Made by a program: the position numbers and the translations under genes. Below the pieces are notes generated by a model, which made no database searches, was not told where the DNA came from, and was given only the letters and a program-made list of their open reading frames with translations. A stretch of 64,000 nucleotides of DNA, taken from Candidatus Saelkia tenebricola. GTDB taxonomy: Bacteria > Omnitrophota > Gorgyraeia > Kaelpiales > Kaelpiaceae. This document shows positions 29,786 through 38,616 of this stretch, in pieces. Positions within the stretch are counted from its first letter, which is position 1, and every line of letters begins with the position of its first letter. The stretch covers positions 6,142-70,141 of the forward strand of contig JAVCDA010000046.1 of the NCBI GenBank assembly GCA_030765145.1, read 5' to 3'.

Positions 29786-29859
29786 GCGCCTGTGGCTCAA
29801 TTGGATAGAGCGGCTGGCTACGGACCAGTAGATTGGGGGTTCGAGTCCCTCCAGGCGTA
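29786..29859 (+). tRNA. tRNA-Arg(ACG)
   Basis: Acceptor GCGCCTG/CAGGCGT, D arm GCTC/GAGC, anticodon arm GCTGG-CT ACG GA-CCAGT, T loop TTCGAGT; CCA not encoded. Confidence 0.96.
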
Positions 29860-29890
29860 TTTTCTGGTGATAATAAATTGTTAGTTGAAA

Positions 29891-30349
29891 ATGGATGATA
29901 AATTCTATATGCAACAGGCTCTCAATGAAGCTTTAAAAGCTCTTGAGGAAGACGAGGTTCCGGTAGGGGCAATTATTGTATATCAAAGCAAGATAATTGC
30001 TCGCTCATATAATCAAGTTAGACGTCTTAAAGACCCTACAGCTCATGCAGAAATCTTAGCGATTACTCAAGCCGCCAGTTTTTTAAACTATGAGAGATTG
30101 AATGGCTGTAAAATCTATGTTACAATCGAGCCGTGTGTAATGTGTGCTGGAGCTTTAATATTATCCAGAGTGGATAAGTTGATATATGGAGCTTCCGATA
30201 ACAGGCAGGGAGCTTTTGGTTCTTTACTTGATATTACAAAGTATAAAGATACTCATCACAAGATAAAGGTAAAAAGTGGTATTTTAAGAGAAGAATCTGC
30301 TTCTTTGATTCAGGATTTTTTCAAAGAAAAGAGGTCTTCTCTTCAGTAG
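29891..30349 (+). CDS. tadA: tRNA adenosine(34) deaminase
   Basis: 'EVPVGA', 'DPTAHAE', 'EPCVMC'. Confidence 0.95.
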   Translation: MDDKFYMQQALNEALKALEEDEVPVGAIIVYQSKIIARSYNQVRRLKDPTAHAEILAITQAASFLNYERLNGCKIYVTIEPCVMCAGALILSRVDKLIYGASDNRQGAFGSLLDITKYKDTHHKIKVKSGILREESASLIQDFFKEKRSSLQ

Positions 30350-30368
30350 GTTTGTTTTTGTTAGACAT

Positions 30369-30458
30369 GGAGAGGTGGCTGAGTGGCCGAAAGCAGCCGC
30401 CTGCTAAGCGGTTGGCCTTCTAAAAGGGGGCCCCCGGGTTCAAATCCCGGCCTCTCCG
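30369..30458 (+). tRNA. tRNA-Ser(GCT)
   Basis: Acceptor GGAGAGG/CCTCTCC+G, anticodon arm GCCGC-CT GCT AA-GCGGT, long variable arm, T loop TTCAAAT; CCA not encoded. Confidence 0.96.
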
Positions 30459-30595
30459 TTTTGCAAAGTATGCGAAGAAATTTCAAAGGAAATTTCAAGC
30501 GATTACACGGGGATGGTTTTATTGTTCGGAACAATTTGACTGATTTGTTGTTTTGTATTAATGTTTCTAAAACAGTAGATTTTTAAAAGATAGAT

Positions 30596-32221
30596 ATGAG
30601 CTATTTAGTTATTGCCAGAAAATGGAGACCTCAAAAATTTGAGGATATAGTTGGGCAAGAACATATTGTCAGGGTCTTGCAGAATGCAATTAAATTAGAT
30701 AGAGTTTCTCATGCTTATCTTTTTGCAGGTCCCAGAGGGGTAGGTAAAACTACAACTGCCCGTGTTTTGGCTAAAGCGCTTAATTGTGTTGAAAAACCAA
30801 CTCCTGTTCCGTGTCTGGAGTGTATCAATTGTAAAGAAATATTCAAGGGGATAAGTTTAGATGTTTTAGAAGTTGACGGAGCATCTAATAGAGGTATTGA
30901 ACAGGTTCGCGATTTAAGAGAAAACGTAAAGCTTAAACCTGCCCATGGGAGGTTTAAAATTTATATTATTGACGAAGTTCATATGCTCACAGAACCTGCA
31001 TTTAATGCTTTGCTTAAGACGCTTGAGGAGCCGCCTGAGCATGTTAAGTTTATTTTTGCAACTACTCAGCCTAATAAAGTTCCAGCTACTATTTTATCGC
31101 GGTGTCAAAAATTTGATTTTAGACCATTGTCGGTTTCGATTATTCAAGAAAAGTTATCTCAGATTTTAAAAGAGGAAAAAATAAAATTTCAACAAGAGGC
31201 TATATTGGCAATTGCTGAGGCAGCAGATGGGAGCTTAAGAGATGCAGAATCTTTATTAGATCAGTTTATCTGTGTAAGTCAGGATTCCTCGATAGACATT
31301 CAGATAGTTGATGAATTTTTGGGAGTTATTAACGTGGGGGTTGTAGATAAATTAATTCAGGGATTAATAGAATCTGATGAAAGAAATGCCCTTTTGATAT
31401 TGGAGAGGTTAATTGCAGAAGGAAAAGAAGTTTCAAATATTGTAGAAAATCTCATTAAATATTTTAGGTCTATAATGCTTGTTAAAATCTTGCATCCTGA
31501 TGAAATTCCTTCTGGGGTGTTTAATGAGAATTTAAATAAAATAGAAGAACAAGGTAGACAGCTGAGCAAAGAGGAGATTCTCTTTGCACTTGATCTTTTA
31601 ACGGATATTCAGGATAGAGCGAGATTTTCTTTTTCTCCTCGCGTTTTAACAGAGCTGGGAATTTTAAAGATATGCAATAGGTCTAAGTATCAGATTTTCT
31701 TTGATTCGGTTGATGAAGTTAAAAAAGAGGTTAATAATACATCTAAAGTTAATCCTGTGTTTAAACAAGCAAGTAAGGATTTAAAAATTAATACGGATAA
31801 AGCGATACCGAAGATTGATAAAGAATTGGAGAAAAAAGAATCTCAAGATTTATTCCAGGAAATAAAGCAAATATGGCCTGAGCTTATTAAAGCTCTGGGG
31901 CAAAAAAGAATGTCTTTAGCATCTTGTTTGTCGAGTGCAAAGGTTGCATCTTTTCAAAATGATATTTTGATGCTTGAAATTAATTCAGATTCAAACTTAC
32001 AATCTGAAATATTGGAAGATAGAGACTGTAAAAAACTTATCGAAGATTTGATTCGTGATAAATTAGGTAGAAACGTAGGAGTAAAGTGTCAAACAACAAA
32101 ACAGGGTTTTTCAAAGAAATCGGATAAGGTCCAGGCAATATTGGATAATCCGAAACTCAAAAAAATTTCCTCAATGCTTAATGCGAAAGTGCTTAAAGTA
32201 ATACCTAAAGATGAAGGTTGA
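30596..32221 (+). CDS. dnaX: DNA polymerase III subunit gamma/tau
   Basis: 'ARKWRPQ.F', GPRGVGKT, 'DEVHML', 'SRCQ'. Confidence 0.97.
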   Translation: MSYLVIARKWRPQKFEDIVGQEHIVRVLQNAIKLDRVSHAYLFAGPRGVGKTTTARVLAKALNCVEKPTPVPCLECINCKEIFKGISLDVLEVDGASNRGIEQVRDLRENVKLKPAHGRFKIYIIDEVHMLTEPAFNALLKTLEEPPEHVKFIFATTQPNKVPATILSRCQKFDFRPLSVSIIQEKLSQILKEEKIKFQQEAILAIAEAADGSLRDAESLLDQFICVSQDSSIDIQIVDEFLGVINVGVVDKLIQGLIESDERNALLILERLIAEGKEVSNIVENLIKYFRSIMLVKILHPDEIPSGVFNENLNKIEEQGRQLSKEEILFALDLLTDIQDRARFSFSPRVLTELGILKICNRSKYQIFFDSVDEVKKEVNNTSKVNPVFKQASKDLKINTDKAIPKIDKELEKKESQDLFQEIKQIWPELIKALGQKRMSLASCLSSAKVASFQNDILMLEINSDSNLQSEILEDRDCKKLIEDLIRDKLGRNVGVKCQTTKQGFSKKSDKVQAILDNPKLKKISSMLNAKVLKVIPKDEG

Positions 32222-32807
32222 ATTGCTCAATCAATTAGTTGAAGAATTCTCAAAATTCCCCGGTGTGGGTAGAAAGACTGCAGAACGTTTTGCTTTTCAT
32301 ATTTTAAACTTAGAATCGAGTAAAATCCAAGGTTTAATAAATTCAATTCAGGAAGTAAGAGATAAGATAAAACATTGCAAAATATGCAATAATTTAACTG
32401 AATATGAAATTTGTAACATATGTCAGGATAGTCATAGAGACAATACAATTATATGTATTATCGAAGAGCCCAAAGATTTAATTGCCATTGAAAAAACAGG
32501 TTGCTATAGGGGGAGGTATTTTGTTCTTTTAGGAGCCCTTTCTCCTTTAGACGGTATAGGTATAAAGGATATCAAAGTTAAAGAGCTTCTTATTCATCTT
32601 AAATCTCACCCTGAAATTAAAGAGTTAATTATTGCTACAGATGCAGATGCAGAAGGAGCAGCCACAGCACATTATCTCGCTGATGTTCTTAAACCATTGG
32701 AGATGAAAGTTACCCGAATAGGTTTAGGTCTTCCCGTAGGAGCAGATTTGGAATTTATAGATAGAAATACTTTAGAAGAAGCGTTAAAAGGAAGAAGAGA
32801 AATATAA
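32211..32807 (+). CDS. recR: recombination protein RecR
   Basis: HhH 'PGVGRKTAER', C4 Zn finger, Toprim, 'GLPVG.DLE'. Confidence 0.96.
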   Translation: MKVELLNQLVEEFSKFPGVGRKTAERFAFHILNLESSKIQGLINSIQEVRDKIKHCKICNNLTEYEICNICQDSHRDNTIICIIEEPKDLIAIEKTGCYRGRYFVLLGALSPLDGIGIKDIKVKELLIHLKSHPEIKELIIATDADAEGAATAHYLADVLKPLEMKVTRIGLGLPVGADLEFIDRNTLEEALKGRREI

Positions 32808-33015
32808 ATATCTAAGGGGTTTTTCACCTCAATATCCCTGTGCGAGTACTTTAAGAGAGATTTCGTAAAAGTGTATTCTTATTAAAACTTTAATAAAAGT
32901 TACACCCGATATGTTAATTATTGTTGCTATTTTACATTTGTTCTGAAAATTCAGTAATTTTCTCCTAATTCCCTCTTATTTTAAGGCTAAAAATTTATAT
33001 TTTTTAGTTGTTATT

Positions 33016-33030
33016 TGGCACGAAAATTGA
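33016..33030 (+). promoter_or_regulatory. putative sigma54 (-24/-12) promoter
   Basis: TGGCACG-AAAA-TTGA versus consensus TGGCACG-N4-TTGC (one mismatch); predicted start site falls just before SD AAGGAGGT (33050-57). Confidence 0.6.
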
Positions 33031-33063
33031 ATGTTATATGGTGAAAATAAAGGAGGTAGCGAA

Positions 33064-33366
33064 ATGAAGGTAAAATTTTACAAGATTCAAAAGAAAAGAC
33101 TGGGCGGTGAAGACGTTGTAGTGATTTACACTAAGGGTGCCTTTAGCGGTATGCTGGAGGTTAGAAATAATGAATTATCTTTCAATGGCAAGAAAGATGA
33201 AGAGCTTATGGATATTCTATTCCAACCTTACCATATGCCAATAGCCGGTACTAAGGGGAAGAATGTACGTGATAAGTTACTTTTGCCTGGTACCCCCCAG
33301 CATCTTGAGGCAGTTAGAAGAAGCTGCTGGAATCATGGCTACATAGCAGAAATGGAGGAGAGTTAA
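33064..33366 (+). CDS. hypothetical protein (100 aa)
   Basis: Strong SD and ATG 33064; no family recognised. Confidence 0.8.
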   Translation: MKVKFYKIQKKRLGGEDVVVIYTKGAFSGMLEVRNNELSFNGKKDEELMDILFQPYHMPIAGTKGKNVRDKLLLPGTPQHLEAVRRSCWNHGYIAEMEES

Positions 33367-33368
33367 AA

Positions 33369-33695
33369 ATGCATAGTATAATATTTGCAAAAGATGTTTT
33401 ACCAAAACAGGATGTGAGGGAGGTGAGAATTACCGAAAAGGTAAATAAAGAAGGCGTTTTTGTTTATTCGCGTAGAAGAAGTTTTTATCAAGTAATAGAT
33501 AATGAGGGCAAAATTCCCGTATATGAAACTGATGTAAAACCGGAAATGTATATATATAAGAATATCCAAGATAATAGGAAGTTTTTCCGCTGGAAGGTTA
33601 GAGGAGTTGTAAAATTGCCTCAAGGGAGAAAAACAGCGTCTCTTTTAGCCTATGAACATTCTTTTTGGATGTTTATTAAAGATCAGCCGTCGTAA
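33369..33695 (+). CDS. hypothetical protein (108 aa)
   Basis: GGAGGAG SD inside upstream gene, 2-bp gap; no family recognised. Confidence 0.8.
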   Translation: MHSIIFAKDVLPKQDVREVRITEKVNKEGVFVYSRRRSFYQVIDNEGKIPVYETDVKPEMYIYKNIQDNRKFFRWKVRGVVKLPQGRKTASLLAYEHSFWMFIKDQPS

Positions 33696-33732
33696 TTGTT
33701 CTATATCTCTATGTTAAATCCCGGTTATAGAT

Positions 33733-33761
33733 TTGCTATTTTGTATTGCCTAACATATAAT
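33733..33761 (+). promoter_or_regulatory. sigma70-type promoter for argD-argF
   Basis: TTGCTA-17 bp-TATAAT. Confidence 0.6.
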
Positions 33762-33784
33762 AATTGTGATATCTATCTTAAATC

Positions 33785-34972
33785 ATGAAGAACGAAGATG
33801 TAGCAAAAATTTATTCTAAATATGTTATGAATACCTATACCCGTATGCCTCTTTCTCTTGCAAAGGGTAAAGGGTCTCGGGTTTGGGATTTAGAGCAGAA
33901 CGAATATCTGGATTTTTTCCCGGGATGGGGTGTATCGGTTTTAGGGCATTGTCCTCCTAAAGTGGTTTCTCACATTAAAGATCAGGTTAAGAAAATTATT
34001 CATGTATCGAATAACTATTATAATCATTTGCAGGCACGAATCGGGAAAATGCTTATTAAAATTACGCGTATTGAAGGAAAAGCTTTTTTCTGTAATTCCG
34101 GAGCCGAAGCGAATGAATCTGCTTTTAAGCTTGCCAGGGCATATGGTAAAGGCGAGAAGTATAAGATCATTACAATGCAGAATTCATTTCATGGCAGAAC
34201 ATTGGGCTGCATTGCTGCTACAGGGCAGGAAAAATACAAAGAAGGATTTGAGCCTATTGTCCCTGGATTTTTACATGCCCCGTTTAACGATATAGAGGCT
34301 GTTAAAAAAACTATAGATAATGAAACAGTTGCAGTAATGCTGGAATTGATTCAGGGAGAAGGTGGAATAAATGTGGCAGATGTGGATTTTGTAAAAGAGT
34401 TAAGAAAAATTTGTGATAATAAAAATTTATTACTTATTATTGATGAGGTTCAGTCCGGTATGGGTAGAACAGGAGAATGGTTCTCATATCAGCACTATGG
34501 AATTACCCCCGACATAATTACTATTGCAAAAGGGATTGCAGGTGGGTTGCCTATGGGGGTTATGATTGCTAAAGATAAGATTGCGGATTGTTTTAAACCC
34601 GGAATGCATGCTTCAACATTTGGAGGTAGTCCTTTGGTATCAAAAGCTGCATTGGGTGTGATTGATACAATTATGAAAAAAAAGCTGCTTAAAAATACAC
34701 GCGAAATGGGAGAGTATTTAAAAAGTTGTTTAATTGAGTTAAAAAATAAATATGTCATAATTAAAGAGGTAAGAGGAATTGGCCTTATGATTGGTGTAGA
34801 GGTTGAAGAGAAAGGCAAAGAGATATTCGATCTTTGTTTTAAAAAAAAGCTATTAATTAATTTGACTCATGGGAATATATTAAGGATTATGCCTGCTATA
34901 AACGTTAGCAAGAAAGAGATAAATAAAGCGATTAATATTTTAAACCAGGTTTTTGAAGAGGTTGTAAAATGA
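33785..34972 (+). CDS. argD: acetylornithine aminotransferase
   Basis: 'NSGAEANE', 'SFHGRT', 'DEVQSGMGRTG', PLP lysine in 'AKGIAGG'. Confidence 0.93.
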   Translation: MKNEDVAKIYSKYVMNTYTRMPLSLAKGKGSRVWDLEQNEYLDFFPGWGVSVLGHCPPKVVSHIKDQVKKIIHVSNNYYNHLQARIGKMLIKITRIEGKAFFCNSGAEANESAFKLARAYGKGEKYKIITMQNSFHGRTLGCIAATGQEKYKEGFEPIVPGFLHAPFNDIEAVKKTIDNETVAVMLELIQGEGGINVADVDFVKELRKICDNKNLLLIIDEVQSGMGRTGEWFSYQHYGITPDIITIAKGIAGGLPMGVMIAKDKIADCFKPGMHASTFGGSPLVSKAALGVIDTIMKKKLLKNTREMGEYLKSCLIELKNKYVIIKEVRGIGLMIGVEVEEKGKEIFDLCFKKKLLINLTHGNILRIMPAINVSKKEINKAINILNQVFEEVVK

Positions 34973-35877
34973 AGCATTTATTAAGTATTAATGATTTGAG
35001 TCGTGAAGATATTTTAGAGCTTGTTTCCCTGGCAGAGAGCCTTAAATTGGATAGAAAATTCAGCAATGATTTAAAGAATAAAAACATTATTCTCCTGTTT
35101 GAAAAACCTTCTTTAAGGACAAGAGTTAGTTTTGAAGTCGCAATTGCAGAGCTTAATGGAAAATATTATCATCTTGAAGGTCAAGCAGCTGGAATAGGTA
35201 AACGTGAAGCTGTTAAAGATATAGCTAAAGTGTTATCACGGTATGTGCAGGCTTGTATAATAAGAACGTTTAAACAGGCTGATATACTTGAATTCTCACA
35301 ATATGCATCTATACCTGTTATCAATGCTCTTACCGATTTAGAGCACCCTTGTCAGATTTTAAGTGATTTACTGACTATAAAGGGGAAGATTAACAGATTA
35401 AGTGAATTTAAAATTGCTTTTATCGGGGATGGTAATAATGTCAGCCATTCTTTAATACAAGCAGCAGCAATTTTAGGTTTTGATTTATCAATTGCTACAC
35501 CTTCTGGTTATGAGCCTAAAGATGAAATATTAATCCCTGCTCTTAAAAAAGCGGAGCAAACTAATGCAAAAATCAATGTTTCAAATAATGTCCAAGATGC
35601 GGTAAAAAACGCTGATTTTATTTATACAGATGTCTGGACATCAATGGGGCAGGAGAAAGAAAAGCACTTGAGAAAGCAAATATTTAAGGATTTTCAAATA
35701 AATGAGCAGTTGTTAAGCAGCCTATCCCGGAAGTGTTATATTATGCATTGCTTGCCTGCCCATAGGGGAGAGGAGATAACAGATAAAGCTGTTGATTCTG
35801 AACATTCTATCGTTATAGATCAGGCAGAAAACAGGTTGCATATGCATAAAGCTATTCTGATTAAATTGTTTTCTTAG
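34969..35877 (+). CDS. argF: ornithine carbamoyltransferase
   Basis: 'SLRTR', 'HPCQ', 'DVWTSMG', 'HCLP'. Confidence 0.95.
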   Translation: MKHLLSINDLSREDILELVSLAESLKLDRKFSNDLKNKNIILLFEKPSLRTRVSFEVAIAELNGKYYHLEGQAAGIGKREAVKDIAKVLSRYVQACIIRTFKQADILEFSQYASIPVINALTDLEHPCQILSDLLTIKGKINRLSEFKIAFIGDGNNVSHSLIQAAAILGFDLSIATPSGYEPKDEILIPALKKAEQTNAKINVSNNVQDAVKNADFIYTDVWTSMGQEKEKHLRKQIFKDFQINEQLLSSLSRKCYIMHCLPAHRGEEITDKAVDSEHSIVIDQAENRLHMHKAILIKLFS

Positions 35878-36058
35878 AAGTTATTCAGTTGAAAATCAAA
35901 GAAACGGTTCTCTAATCTGTGTTATTTTATCTGACTTGACTTGTTACTGATGGATTTTTAAGTTTACAGTGTTTAAATATTAGTATTTTTAAAGTTTTTC
36001 ACTATAGAAAATTTGTATGTTTTACGGTATCATAAAGGGCAATAACAGGAGGTAATTT

Positions 36059-37240
36059 ATGTCTAAAAAAGTAGTATTAGCATATTCAGGTGGTCTTGAT
36101 ACAACTGTTGCAATACCGTGGCTTAAAGAGCGAGGATATGAGGTCATTGCTTTTAGCGCCGATGTTGGTCAAGGGGAGAAAAGATTTGATGTTATATCAA
36201 AAAGAGCAAAGATTGCAGGCGCAAAAAAGATTATTGTAAAAGATTTAAGAAGGGAATTTATTCAGAATTATGCTTTTAAAGCATTAAAAGCTCATGCTTT
36301 ATATGAAGATAAATATTACCTTGCAACTGCTCTTTCCCGCCCTTTGATAGCAAAAAACTTAATAGATATTGCAAAAAAAGAGAAAGCCGATGCAGTCGTA
36401 CATGGCTGTACAGGAAAAGGTAATGACCAGGTAAGATTTGAAGTTACTATAAAGGTGTTAGCTCCGAAGTTAAAAATAATTGCTCCGTTGCGTGACTGGG
36501 AATTGAAAAGCAGAGCAGAAGAAATTGAGTATGCTAAAAAGAGAAAAATTCCTATTGAAATTAAAGATTCAGCTTATAGCATTGATAGGAATATATGGGG
36601 TGTAAGTATCGAATGCGGAGTTTTAGAAGAAATAGATAAAGAAGCTCCTGAGGATGTATTTCTTATTACGAATTCAATAGAAAAGGCGCCTAAAAATGGA
36701 GAGTATGTTGAGATTGAATTTAAAAAAGGTCTTCCCGTAGGGCTGAATGGCAAAGCGATGGATTCTGTAAAATTGGTGGAAAGTCTAAATAAGATTGGTG
36801 GAAAACACGGAATCGGGCGGGTTGATATGATTGAGAATAGACTCATTGGAATTAAAAGCAGGGAAATATATGAGTCTCCGGCAGCTGCACTTTTATACTT
36901 TGCACATAGAGAGTTAGAGTCGCTTATTCTTGACAGGGAGAGTTCCCACTTTAAAAATATTGTTTCTCAAAAATATGCTGAGATTATTTATTATGGGCTT
37001 ATGTGTACGCCTTTAAAATCATCTTTAGATGCATTTATAGATACATCTCAAACGCATCTAACAGGAAAGATAAAATTAAAGTTGCAGAAAGGGAATATAA
37101 AAGCAGCATCAAGAGAGTCTAAATTCTCCAAATATAATATAAAACTTGCAACATATGGTAAGGGAGATATGTTTGACCATAAGGCTTCTGAGGGATTCAT
37201 AAAAATATGGGCTCAGACTTTTCAGGGAGAGATAAAATGA
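36059..37240 (+). CDS. argG: argininosuccinate synthase
   Basis: 'AYSGGLDT', 'HGCTGKGNDQVRFE'. Confidence 0.97.
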   Translation: MSKKVVLAYSGGLDTTVAIPWLKERGYEVIAFSADVGQGEKRFDVISKRAKIAGAKKIIVKDLRREFIQNYAFKALKAHALYEDKYYLATALSRPLIAKNLIDIAKKEKADAVVHGCTGKGNDQVRFEVTIKVLAPKLKIIAPLRDWELKSRAEEIEYAKKRKIPIEIKDSAYSIDRNIWGVSIECGVLEEIDKEAPEDVFLITNSIEKAPKNGEYVEIEFKKGLPVGLNGKAMDSVKLVESLNKIGGKHGIGRVDMIENRLIGIKSREIYESPAAALLYFAHRELESLILDRESSHFKNIVSQKYAEIIYYGLMCTPLKSSLDAFIDTSQTHLTGKIKLKLQKGNIKAASRESKFSKYNIKLATYGKGDMFDHKASEGFIKIWAQTFQGEIK

Positions 37241-38613
37241 AAGAGAAATTATGGGGTGGAAGATTTAAAGAGGCTTTGGATTCTCTTGTTTTTGATTTTA
37301 CCAAAAGCATAGAATATGACTGGTTTTTGTTTGAATATGAAGCATATTCAAATATTGCCTGGGTTGAAGAGTTGAACCGTTTAAAACTTATAACTTCTTC
37401 TGAAGCTAAAAAACTAGTTAAATCAATAAAGGAACTTTTGGAAGATTATTTTAAAGGCAAAGCAAAAATTGATTTCAAGGAAGAGGATATTCATTCGTTA
37501 TTTTATAAACTTCTAAGAAAAAAAGCGGGTGATTTGACGGATAAAATACATGCCGGTAAAAGCAGAAATGAACAGGTTGTAACTGTGATGAGAATGTTCC
37601 TAAAGGATGCATTATTAGAGACAGGAGAACTTGTAAAAAATTTGCAAAAATCTATGCTAAAGAAGGCTATGATTTATGCAGGAGTTGTGATTCCGGGATT
37701 TACTCATTTGCAATACGCTCAACCTGTGCTTTTTGCGCATTGGATGTTGTCGTTTGTAACTCAGTTGGAACGTGATAAACAGAGATTAAATGATTGTTTT
37801 ACAAGAGTTGATATTCTGCCGTTGGGAAGCGGAGCGCTTTCAGGAAGCAATTTTAATATAGACAGAGAGCGAATAAAACAAGATTTATCTTTTGCCTCAA
37901 TAGGCAGCAATAGCATGGATATGGTGAGTGACAGAGATTTTATATTGGAATATTTGAATTGCAATTTAATGTTGTTATTACACTTAAGCAGAATGGCTGA
38001 GGATTTGATAATTTATAATAGTCCGGGATATGGTTTTATTGATTTTGGAGATAAAGTCACAACCGGTTCCAGCCTTATGCCTCATAAAAAGAATCCAGAT
38101 CCTGTTGAGCTGATAAGATCCTCGGTTGCTGAGGCGTTATCAAGCTATACTTTTTTGACGAATGTTTTAAAAGGATTGCCGACAACATACAACCGTGATT
38201 TACAATTGGACAAGAAGCCTTTATTTGCATCGTATCTTCTAACAATAAGAGTTCTTGATGTTGCAAGGATTGTAATATCCCAGATGTTCGTCAATAAAAA
38301 GAGAGCATCTGAATTGCTCTGCGATGAGAGGTTTTATCTGACAGATATATCGGAAGAATTGATTAAGCAGGGTCTTTCCTGGAAAGAGGCGCATACAAAG
38401 GTTGGCGAGTTAATAAAATATGCAGAGTCAAATCACCAGGCTATAAATAAGTTAGATAAATCTGTTATTAAGAATATTTTGTCTCGGGATATTAAAATAA
38501 ACGAATATCTAAATGCTGATAAATCTGTAAACCGGAAATTAACTACAGGTTCTACTAACAAGAAATACGTGGGAAGAGAAATTAAAAAGTGGCAGCGGAT
38601 TTTGGAGTCATAA
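37237..38613 (+). CDS. argH: argininosuccinate lyase
   Basis: 'KLWGGRF', 'GSSLMPHKKNPD'; ATGA overlap with argG. Confidence 0.96.
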   Translation: MKEKLWGGRFKEALDSLVFDFTKSIEYDWFLFEYEAYSNIAWVEELNRLKLITSSEAKKLVKSIKELLEDYFKGKAKIDFKEEDIHSLFYKLLRKKAGDLTDKIHAGKSRNEQVVTVMRMFLKDALLETGELVKNLQKSMLKKAMIYAGVVIPGFTHLQYAQPVLFAHWMLSFVTQLERDKQRLNDCFTRVDILPLGSGALSGSNFNIDRERIKQDLSFASIGSNSMDMVSDRDFILEYLNCNLMLLLHLSRMAEDLIIYNSPGYGFIDFGDKVTTGSSLMPHKKNPDPVELIRSSVAEALSSYTFLTNVLKGLPTTYNRDLQLDKKPLFASYLLTIRVLDVARIVISQMFVNKKRASELLCDERFYLTDISEELIKQGLSWKEAHTKVGELIKYAESNHQAINKLDKSVIKNILSRDIKINEYLNADKSVNRKLTTGSTNKKYVGREIKKWQRILES

Positions 38614-38616
38614 ACT

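Noticed and set aside
17859-29859. Glycosylation locus plus kinase as a tRNA-integrated island
   Set aside because: No integrase or duplicated tRNA end seen; the locus lies 5' of the tRNA and overlaps truA
30383-30586. 67-aa ORF in the track
   Set aside because: Overlaps tRNA-Ser(GCT); spurious
31715-31845. A-rich runs in dnaX as a possible tau/gamma frameshift site
   Set aside because: Runs read T-AAA-AAA-G and G-AAA-AAA-G, not the in-frame A-AAA-AAG motif, and no clear downstream hairpin was seen
35878-36058. ARG boxes or T-box leader before argG
   Set aside because: No convincing ArgR palindrome, T-box motif or terminator
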